Below are positions 26,539-34,300 of a DNA stretch of 64,000 nucleotides, one piece after another (the first letter of the stretch is position 1; each line of letters starts with the position of its first letter). The DNA is from a virus (lineage: Duplodnaviria > Caudoviricetes), in the IMG/VR virus record IMGVR_UViG_3300035454_000933, positions 154 to 64,153 of that record, one strand, 5' to 3'. The position numbers and the translations under genes were made by a program. The notes under the pieces are model-generated. The model worked only from the letters and a program-made list of their open reading frames with translations. It was not told the origin of the DNA and ran no database searches.

Positions 26539-26760
26539 TCAGGCCGTGGCGATAGCGCCGGAGGTGCGCAAGCTCAAGACCAGCGCATCGAACTCGGCCT
26601 TGGTTGGGTTGGCGCCAGCGGCCACAGCGACGGCGGCGCCCTGCTTCACCAGGCCCGGCTTGGCTTCGGTGGCATCGTCCAGCATGTCGCCGAGCTTCAC
26701 CTTGGCAAGACCCGGGGTGGCGTTGTTGAGCAGGTGTTTCTGTTCGGCGGTCAGGGACAT
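26539..26760 (-). CDS. Head fibre/decoration-like protein (73 aa)
   Basis: AAVAVAAGANPTKAEFDALVLSLRTSG resembles head-fibre C-termini; SD GGAG. Confidence 0.6.
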   Translation of the reverse strand: MSLTAEQKHLLNNATPGLAKVKLGDMLDDATEAKPGLVKQGAAVAVAAGANPTKAEFDALVLSLRTSGAIATA

Positions 26761-26792
26761 GATGGGCTCCAGAATTTTGGGGTAGAACTACG

Positions 26793-26814
26793 GCGTTCAT
26801 TCTGACATCACGAC
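26793..26814 (-). promoter_or_regulatory. Late promoter GTCGTGA-TGT-CAGAAT (leadered, SD GGAG)
   Basis: Directly downstream of a terminator. Confidence 0.7.
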
Positions 26815-26818
26815 GAAG

Positions 26819-26842
26819 AAAGCCACCTCCTGGTGGCTTTTT
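26819..26842. terminator. Probable bidirectional intrinsic terminator
   Basis: AAAGCCACC-TCCT-GGTGGCTTTTT. Confidence 0.65.
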
Positions 26843-26851
26843 CCATTTGGG

Positions 26852-27434
26852 CCGGTGTCAGAACACCGAGTCTTCGCTTTCGCCGTCCACGGGGCCGTCA
26901 GCGGCCTTGCCATCGGGCTCGCTGGCGTCGGATGCGGTCGTTTTGTCGGTGTACTCACACACCAGCGCGGGATTCACAGCCTTAGAATCCGCACACAGAG
27001 AATCAAACGCGGCCCGCTCGCGCATCGCAGCGGTGTGGTTCCAGTCGGCAATCCCGGCGATCAACCCGAGCACCAGACAGCCAGCGGCACCACTGCCGCC
27101 AGTGGCAACAACGATGCCCACGCAGAAATTGTTCGCAGTCGGTCCCCAGCCTGTAGCGGATAGCGCCCGGTGCATGTCTGCCCGCTCCACGGGATCTTCG
27201 AGGCCATCGGCGTAGTAGAGCAAGCCGGCTTTGATCGGCAGCACGGCCAGCCCCAGCGGGTTGGCTTCCTTTACGCCGTCGATGGTCAGGACGAGGGCTG
27301 TGCTGATGACGTCCGCAGCCTGCCCTTGCATCGCCCGGTCCTGCAGCTCGTCGGCCTGTGCTGACGCGCAGCACAGCAGCAGCGCCAGTGCGGCGGCCTT
27401 CATGCCGCAACCCAGACCGGTGTCAGAACACCGA
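26852..27434. repeat. 18-bp direct repeat CCGGTGTCAGAACACCGA at 26852-26869 and 27417-27434
   Basis: Exact match read from the sequence; each copy spans the stop codon of the gene it ends and contains the inverted repeat CGGTGT/ACACCG. Confidence 0.85.
26858..27403 (-). CDS. Secreted/membrane protein with signal peptide (181 aa from ATG 27403)
   Basis: MKAAALALLLCCASAQA|DE; hydrophobic segments. Confidence 0.6.
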   Translation of the reverse strand: MKAAALALLLCCASAQADELQDRAMQGQAADVISTALVLTIDGVKEANPLGLAVLPIKAGLLYYADGLEDPVERADMHRALSATGWGPTANNFCVGIVVATGGSGAAGCLVLGLIAGIADWNHTAAMRERAAFDSLCADSKAVNPALVCEYTDKTTASDASEPDGKAADGPVDGESEDSVF

Positions 27435-27875
27435 TTCATCATCAACGCCACCAGCGGCCGTGGCATCAGCCTTCTCGGTGGCATCCGTCTCCGCATCGGC
27501 TGCAGCGGGTTCAGCGGCAGTATCTGGTGCTGGTGCTGGTGCTGGTGCTGGCGCGGAGGCAGGAGTCGGTGCCTTCTTGGCGGCCGGCTGCTTGGCCGAT
27601 TTTGCGGCAGCCTTCTCGGCTGCAGCGGCCTTGGACGCGGCGGCCTTCTTGGCGGCTTCATCGGCCGCGCGTTGCGCTTCCTCGGCCTCTTCCGCTTTTA
27701 CACGGGCGTCCTCTTCCGGGTCCACCTGGTACAGCTCGTAGCCAGGGATCGCCACGAAGGTCTGGGCTTGGTCGTCGCTCAGATCGACGGACAGAACGCC
27801 GTGATCGTGGGGCTCGAAGTCCACGCCGTTGATGCAGGTGGATGCGTTGGGAAGGGTGCAGAGAACACGGGGCAT
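27423..27875 (-). CDS. Ala/Lys/Pro-rich protein downstream of the capsid gene (150 aa from ATG 27875)
   Basis: SD AAGGAG; MPRVLCTLPNASTCINGVDF then low-complexity tail. Confidence 0.7.
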   Translation of the reverse strand: MPRVLCTLPNASTCINGVDFEPHDHGVLSVDLSDDQAQTFVAIPGYELYQVDPEEDARVKAEEAEEAQRAADEAAKKAAASKAAAAEKAAAKSAKQPAAKKAPTPASAPAPAPAPAPDTAAEPAAADAETDATEKADATAAGGVDDESVF

Positions 27876-27893
27876 GAATGACTCCTTGGGATG

Positions 27894-27926
27894 AAAGAAA
27901 ACCAAGCCCTCTCGCGAAGGCTTGGT
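27894..27926 (-). terminator. Intrinsic terminator after the major capsid gene
   Basis: ACCAAGCCTTC-GCGA-GAGGGCTTGGT followed by a T-rich tract. Confidence 0.75.
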
Positions 27927-27948
27927 CTATCGGATCAGCTCACGCCGA

Positions 27949-29451
27949 TCAGTTGAACGGCTTCCAGCGCGCGGTCTTCGGCAGGATGTTCTTGATCACG
28001 CCGTGGTGCTTCGGCTTGGTCACGCGCAGGTAGCCGAACAGGAACTGGAACCAGCTCACCACCGGGACGCCGCCCACACCGAACGGCAGGGGGATCTTGG
28101 TCATGGGCTGGAACTGGCGCCAGCCGATCGCGTCAGCGCCCTTGCCCAGGTTGAGCAGGGGGACCTTCACGGTGCCGGGAATGTCGCGGTTCAGGTCCAC
28201 GTAGACGGTCGAGGCACCGGTGCGAGGCACCATGCACATCAGACGCAGGTCGTCGGTCCCGTTGGTGCCGTTCAGGCGGCCGCGGTAGATGGCGTAACCG
28301 GTTTCCAGGCCAGAGCCGGAAACGGTGATGGTCAGCGTCACTTTCTCGCCCGCGGCCACAGCCACCTGGGCCGACTTCAGGATGGTCGACTGACCCTGAC
28401 CCTGGCCACCCACACCGGCGACGGCGTAGTAGTAGTTGCCGGCGCGAGGGGCGGTGAACTGGCTGGCTGCGTCGGCAGCAGGGACACCGGCGACAGCCGC
28501 GGGCTTGAAGCCGTTGTTGGCGGTAGCCATGGCGGGCTGAGACAGCTCGAAGGGCTTGGACATCACGAACTGGTCGTGGTGCAGGAACGTGTCGATGTTG
28601 GTCTTCAGCACGCCTTCGGTGAGCTGAATGCCTTGCACGTGGCCGCCGATGCTCAGCGTCTGGCCTTGCTGGCTGGACCAACGGAACGCAGGGTCAAGAC
28701 CCATGTTCAGATCGGTCTGCACGGCGGTGGGCATGAACACGTCGGTCACGCGGCCCCACGAACCGTAGTCGTAGACGCTGGCGTTGATCTTGGCGAAGGG
28801 CTCCACGCTGTCCAGCGGCAGGGCCTGCATGTCGATCACGTTCGACTCGCTCATCAGGCCGGCAGCGATCTCGTTGTCGATCTGGGCAAAGATGCCGTCG
28901 AACTCGGTGGGGCAGACCTTGGAGTTGCCGTAAAACAGCAGGTACTCGGCATCGGTCATCAGCTGCAGGGCGCCGTTGCGCTCTTCGACGCTGGTGGCCT
29001 CGACGATGTTCTTGCCGATGTTGAGCACGTAGCCGACCTGACGCAGGGTCATCAGGAACTTGACCAGGCCCACTTCACGGCTGTACTCGCCCTGCGCAGC
29101 GCGGACAACGCCCATCTGCGTGTTGGTCGAGCCACCCAGGAAGCCGCCGATACCGGTCTGACGGGTGTACTCGTCGACGATGTTGGTGGCGTTGGTCTGT
29201 GCCAGGCGCTTGAACAGCACGAAGTGCTCCTGCTCCTGGATCGTGGTCTTCATGGCCGTGTCCAGCGACTGCACGCCCAAGGCGCCGCCACCGGTCAGGT
29301 TCGAGACGTCAGTCTCGTAGTTGCTGGCTTCCAGTGCCTTTTTCAGGTCACCGAGAGCGTCCAGCGCGCCACCGTGGGAGCCGCCCAGCGAGGGCATTGC
29401 CCCGCCCGGTGCCATTCCGGCGAATTGTTGCATCAGGGCTTGAGCGTCCAT
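27949..29451 (-). CDS. Major capsid protein, SPO1/Twort-type (500 aa)
   Basis: LKKALEASNY...GGGALGVQSLD parallels the A511/Twort ALKSFTTGYG...GALRREFLD N-terminus; position after protease and scaffold; SD GAGG. Confidence 0.85.
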   Translation of the reverse strand: MDAQALMQQFAGMAPGGAMPSLGGSHGGALDALGDLKKALEASNYETDVSNLTGGGALGVQSLDTAMKTTIQEQEHFVLFKRLAQTNATNIVDEYTRQTGIGGFLGGSTNTQMGVVRAAQGEYSREVGLVKFLMTLRQVGYVLNIGKNIVEATSVEERNGALQLMTDAEYLLFYGNSKVCPTEFDGIFAQIDNEIAAGLMSESNVIDMQALPLDSVEPFAKINASVYDYGSWGRVTDVFMPTAVQTDLNMGLDPAFRWSSQQGQTLSIGGHVQGIQLTEGVLKTNIDTFLHHDQFVMSKPFELSQPAMATANNGFKPAAVAGVPAADAASQFTAPRAGNYYYAVAGVGGQGQGQSTILKSAQVAVAAGEKVTLTITVSGSGLETGYAIYRGRLNGTNGTDDLRLMCMVPRTGASTVYVDLNRDIPGTVKVPLLNLGKGADAIGWRQFQPMTKIPLPFGVGGVPVVSWFQFLFGYLRVTKPKHHGVIKNILPKTARWKPFN

Positions 29452-29505
29452 TTTTGTGGTCCTCTAAATTGCGAGTTTGAAAGTTGCGGTTGCGGTGGGA
29501 ACTGG

Positions 29506-30174
29506 TTACTTGGCGCGCGCAACGCTCGCCAGAATTTCGGTCGGGATCTGGTGGCGCTCACGCAGGCAGACACTGATGGTGTTCAGCTGCACACCGCTGA
29601 TCAGATCCTGATCGTAGGCCGCGTTGGCCTTGGCCATCAGATCGGCCGGGCCTGCGGCGGCGTCAGCGGCAGCCGCGGACTTCGCCATGGTCGAGCCGAC
29701 GTCGGGCTTCTCGGTCACCACCAGGGTGCTCTTGCGGCCGCGACCTTGAGCGGACATGGAGGCCACCTGGTCGCTCAGCGACTTGATCAGGTCGCCCTGC
29801 TTCTTCATGGTGCCGGCGATGGCGCCCAGGCCTTTGGCCAAAACGCTGTCAACGCCGTCCAGGCGTGCCACAAGGGACTTCACGAATTCGGTGGCGTCCA
29901 GCACCTGGTGCTCGTTGCCTTCTTCGTCGGATGCCATCATGGACTTGCCGAAAGGCGTTTCGCCTTCCTTCTTGGCGCCCGCGGCAGCCGCGGCAGCAGC
30001 GATCGCTGCGTCATCGCCGCCTTCTTCGCCGGCACCAGGAGCGCCGCCTTCGCCGCCATCCTCGTCCTCGTCGTCTTCGACAACGGGGGCGTCAGCAATC
30101 GCTTTTGCCAAGGTGTCGGCATCGCCGTCGATCTTGCCGAGTTCAGCAAGCAGCTCGTTAAATTGCGTGGTCAT
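29506..30174 (-). CDS. Capsid scaffold protein (222 aa)
   Basis: Acidic coiled-coil protein between protease and capsid genes; repeated K|S/A/G sites. Confidence 0.75.
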   Translation of the reverse strand: MTTQFNELLAELGKIDGDADTLAKAIADAPVVEDDEDEDGGEGGAPGAGEEGGDDAAIAAAAAAAGAKKEGETPFGKSMMASDEEGNEHQVLDATEFVKSLVARLDGVDSVLAKGLGAIAGTMKKQGDLIKSLSDQVASMSAQGRGRKSTLVVTEKPDVGSTMAKSAAAADAAAGPADLMAKANAAYDQDLISGVQLNTISVCLRERHQIPTEILASVARAK

Positions 30175-31056
30175 TCAATTGCTCCGTTTCGATAGACCTT
30201 TTTTCAGATCGCGGAGAAAGCGATCCACCCATTCGGCTGCCTCGTCAGGAGACAGGCCAAAACTTTTCTGGCTGTAGGCCGTCATGGCCTCGGCGTTCAC
30301 GCCGCGCAGCCGGTGTTCACGGACCGCCTTCGAAAGGCGATCCCGAAAATCAAAGTATGACGTCACGCCGGTATCGAGGGACTGAGCCCCAAGAGCGGCG
30401 CCGCCAGTTTTTGCGGAAGCATCGGTGACGTAGGACGCCTCCAGCGCTTTCGTCAGATCAAAGCCTCCAGCGCTCCAGGACTTCGCCAGCACGCCGAACG
30501 GCATCGTGGCGACACCGCCAACGGTCTGGTTCACCGGCTGCTGGGAGACTGCGATGTTGGTCCAGCGGACCTTGCTCACGACGCCGACCTTGCTGCCCGA
30601 CTTGGGGTCGATGCGGTCAGACTTCGCCAGCACCTTGCCGCCAACGCTGGGGTACCAGCGCCGCGGCGGGTTCAGCTTGGTCATGGAATCCCAGACCATG
30701 TTCGCGCGCTCGGAAAGCGGGGTGTCGCCCGTGAACAGCTGCGCCTTCACAAAGGTGGACTTGCCGTCAATGCGGACGTCAACCGGCGTGCCAATCTCCC
30801 ACATTTCTGGATCCCGGATATCCAACATCTTAGCCACGGCCGGCATGGACTTGTGGTCGATGTCGATGTTACCGAAGCGCAGATAGTGCGACGCCGACTC
30901 TTCCAGAGCCTTCGCCAGCACAATCTCGTTTTGCTGGTCCTTGGCCTCGTTGGCCGCCTCCAGGTAGATGAACCGGTTCCGGCCCTCCTGCGCAGGCGTC
31001 GCCTTCAGCATGCATTCGATGCTGAGGTATTCCGGCAGGTGGGCGAGTTGATCCAT
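30175..31056 (-). CDS. Prohead protease (293 aa)
   Basis: FIYLEAANEAKDQQNEIV, GNIDIDH, YPSVGGKV; position. Confidence 0.8.
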   Translation of the reverse strand: MDQLAHLPEYLSIECMLKATPAQEGRNRFIYLEAANEAKDQQNEIVLAKALEESASHYLRFGNIDIDHKSMPAVAKMLDIRDPEMWEIGTPVDVRIDGKSTFVKAQLFTGDTPLSERANMVWDSMTKLNPPRRWYPSVGGKVLAKSDRIDPKSGSKVGVVSKVRWTNIAVSQQPVNQTVGGVATMPFGVLAKSWSAGGFDLTKALEASYVTDASAKTGGAALGAQSLDTGVTSYFDFRDRLSKAVREHRLRGVNAEAMTAYSQKSFGLSPDEAAEWVDRFLRDLKKGLSKRSN

Positions 31057-31079
31057 GGGTGGGATTTTTTCGTCACGAC
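31057..31079 (-). promoter_or_regulatory. Late promoter GTCGTGA-CGA-AAAAAT-N7-ATG (protease/scaffold/capsid operon)
   Basis: 16-nt spacing, no SD. Confidence 0.75.
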
Positions 31080-31108
31080 GGCACGAGGGGTGCTCGAAGT
31101 GGAAAAAA

Positions 31109-31366
31109 TTATCGACCGAGCGCCTTCTCGGCCTTCGCGATCACCACGTGAAGATCGGCGCGCTCGCGAACCAGGTCCTCATAGCGTGACTGGGAAGCGT
31201 CCGGGGCGGACTCCAGTCCGGGTCGAAGCCGGGCGAGCGAGGCATCCACCTCGTCCAGGCGTTGGTGCGCCCGGTCCAGAATGCCGCGCTCGGCCTTTTC
31301 TGTTTCTCCGGCCAGCTTCGACAGGTCGGTGAGCTGGGCCCGGGTGTTCGAGATGTGACGTTTCAT
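31109..31366 (-). CDS. Hypothetical coiled-coil protein (85 aa)
   Basis: ORF between the SNF2-like gene and the protease gene. Confidence 0.55.
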   Translation of the reverse strand: MKRHISNTRAQLTDLSKLAGETEKAERGILDRAHQRLDEVDASLARLRPGLESAPDASQSRYEDLVRERADLHVVIAKAEKALGR

Positions 31367-31377
31367 GGGTGCACCAA

Positions 31378-34300
31378 TTAGAACAGGCCGGCTTGAGGCG
31401 TTGCCGAGGCTTGACGGCGCGCCTTGATGGCGCCGGCCAGGCCGGTGTCGTCCAGACCGTCCAGAGTTTCCGCCATCATGTCCTTGAGCGCGTACTTCTT
31501 GCGCAGCCTCTCGCGCGATCTCCGCTCTTCTGGGTGGTCGGCCTCCAGGTCGAGCAGCTCGATGGCGGACTTCTGGCCCAGGCGGTCGATGCGCTTGTTC
31601 CGCTGGCTGTGGGTCTTCGCCGTGTCTGGAATGTCGTGCTGGATCAGGTACCGGCCCGACTGCAGGTTCAAACCAACAGCCGCGGCGTCAGAGGCCACCA
31701 GGATATCGGCCTCCGGAGGTCCGCCACCGTCCGGGTTGAACATGCGGCGCTTGCGGTCCTTCTCCTTGGCGCCGTCCGACCCCGTGATCACCACGACACG
31801 CTTGCCGGCGGCCTCCAGCGCCTTGCGGTACTGCTCCACGCTCTCGCGGTTGCGCGCGAACACGATGCCCTGCTTGTCGGGGCGCGCCTGCACCAGCTTG
31901 AGCGCGTGCGCGACCTTGGCGTTGTCCGGGTGGCTGTTGATGATCCGGTTCATGGCCGAGGCGCGCAGAACACCAACGGCCTTCTGCAGCTGGGCGGCCA
32001 CGGCCTCGTGCTCTTCGTCGGGCACGCCAGCAAACGAGTTCGGAGACAAGGCCTTGATGGCCGCCACGTCGACCTTGCCGGCCTTCTGCGCCATCCGGGC
32101 CCGAGCCAGGTGTTTGTCCAGATCCCCTATCGCCTGATGCTGCCCAGCCGACAGCTGCACCAGCTCGCGTTTGCGCTCGCGCTGAATGTCCGGGGTGATA
32201 TCGGTGGGGAAAATGTAGCGCGCCATTTCCCGCTGCAGCGCGTTCTTGCTGGCGATGGTGTCAGCGCCATACCGGCGCATGAAAGCCGACCGATCGGCGT
32301 AGCGAACCGGGTCCATCTTGTGCAGCAGGGAGTGCACCTCGCTGGCATCGTTCTTCACCGGGTCGCCGCTGGCGTAGGTGTGGTACGGCGTGTGGTGCCC
32401 GGCGGCCTCGATCACGTTCGACAGCGAGGAATTCTCCTTGCCGGCGCGGTTCAGCGTGTCGTGCGCCTCGTCGACGAACGAGGCGTCGAAGTTGATGCCC
32501 TCCTTCTCCCAGGTCGAAGCGATCCACTCCTGGCGCTGCGCGGGCGTCATACCCTGCAGCTTGTCGGTCATTTCGTCTTCACTGATGCCCGCGTGCTGGG
32601 CGCCCAGGTGCACCATGTCGTCACGGAAGGACTGGTGCGTCATGACCGCGATATGGGTTCCGGCATCCTTGTAGGCGGCAATCCGATCGTCCCGATTGGC
32701 GCCAGGCTGGATATGGGTCTTGAACTTGCCTGGCTCCAGCAGGCGCAGCGCCTCGCCGTTGAACTGACCCTGCACCACCGACGGCACCAGCATGATGGAG
32801 CGCTTGATCTTGCCCTGGCTGGCCAGGTGCGCGTGCGCGCCCAGCATCATGTTGGTCTTGCCGGATCCAGCCCCAGCGGCCAGGCCCATGCGCTTGTTGG
32901 CGTCCAGGTACTTGATGGCGCGCTGCTGGGCGGCGTACTTGCCGGACATGCTGATGCCCCAGAGCTTCGTGGGCTGCCCGGGTTTGAAGTTGGCTCCGAC
33001 GTGCTCCATCATGCCGGCGATCTGCCGCTCGACCACGTGGCCGACCGTGTGGCGCTCGTCAGCACCCAGTTTGTGTTCAACCGGCGCATCGCTACCGCCG
33101 TTGTTGCTCAAATTCTCGTCTTCTTGAGACGCAAAGAAGCCCATCTGGGCCTGCTCCATGGCAGCCTGCTCCTTCTGGGCCGCCTCGATCTTGTCGGCCA
33201 CCGCGCCGCTGGCGTACTTGCCTCCAACCCGGTTGCGCAACCGATCGATCAGATCCTTGTCCTTGGCCTGGCGCGCTTCGCGAGCAGCAGGATCCACAGC
33301 GTCCAGGTGGTTCAGGTTGTTCCTGATGGTCCTCTTGCCCAGCTTGATCGGATTGGCCGGATTCAGCTTGTTGTGGGTTTCAACGAACGACGACGCCACG
33401 CGCGAGCGGATCACGTCCTGGACGGCCTCGTAGGCGCGCTCGTTGCCGCCCATGGTCTTGAGGTACTTCGACCAGGTCAGCGAGCTGGCGTTCAGCTTGG
33501 CCGACAGGTTGTCGCGGTGGCTGCGCCAGTCCTGCCAGTCGGGGTTCGGCACGGTGTCGCCGAACATATCGGTGGACTCCTTCTCGGGCTCCGATCCGAT
33601 GTGGTCTTCAAGCTCCTTGCGCATGGCGCCGGCCGAAGCGTCCTCCTTCGCGATGTTGCGATAGAAGAACTCACGCAGGGCCGACTGGTCCTTGTGCTCC
33701 AGTTCACCGATCTGCTTGTACGCTGCGGTGGCCTCTGGAGTCTCAGCCAAAGCCCGGTGCAGGGCGTCCACCGAGTGCTGATCCACGGCCACCTTCTGGC
33801 GGTTGAGCGTGGTGCGCTGGCCGCCCAGGCTGGTCACGTGATCATCGGCGTACTTCTCGAAGATCGGGTCCAGGTCCTCGGCGCGCTGCTGCTTGCCGTC
33901 GGCGCCCTTGAGTGGCGCCACCTCGTCGAGCGCCTTCCGATAGTCCTCGGTCCGGTCGAAGCCGACCTTCTGGAAGAAGGCCGCCGACTGCACATCGGCC
34001 AGGATATCCACCGGGCTGTCCCCGTCCGCCGCGCGCGCGCCGATGTAGGTGCGAAGCGAGGCAGACAGATCCGCGCTGGGCTGGAACGGCTGCGCCAGGC
34101 GATCGGCGACACCGGCCTTCACGTCCATGACCAGGTCCGGGCGATTGGCTACGCCCTGCGGCAGCCAGCCGTCCTCGTCCTGCTTGCCGGAAACGATATC
34201 GAGGTTGCGGCGGATTTGCTGCAGGTCCTGGTGTGATGTGGGTCGGGCCAGGCGAAGCATGCCGGCGTGGTTGATGGTGAGGAATGTGTTCGAGCCGTCA

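Noticed and set aside
26504-26800. 98-aa ORF starting 7 nt after the late box
   Set aside because: Spacing does not fit the promoter model; the overlapping 73-aa ORF has an SD and a recognisable motif
26852-27434. 18-bp palindromic repeat as a mini-CRISPR
   Set aside because: Only two copies 565 bp apart with a gene between them; no cas genes; no regularly spaced repeats seen anywhere in the window
27524-27556. (GCTGGT)n tandem repeat
   Set aside because: Encodes a PAPAPA linker inside a CDS
30576-30582. GTCGTGA inside the protease gene (also 59113, 59242)
   Set aside because: No xAxxxT hexamer at +3; treated as chance matches and used as negative controls
27922-34236. 757-aa and 955-aa plus-strand ORFs
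   Set aside because: Shadows of the capsid/scaffold and SNF2-like genes
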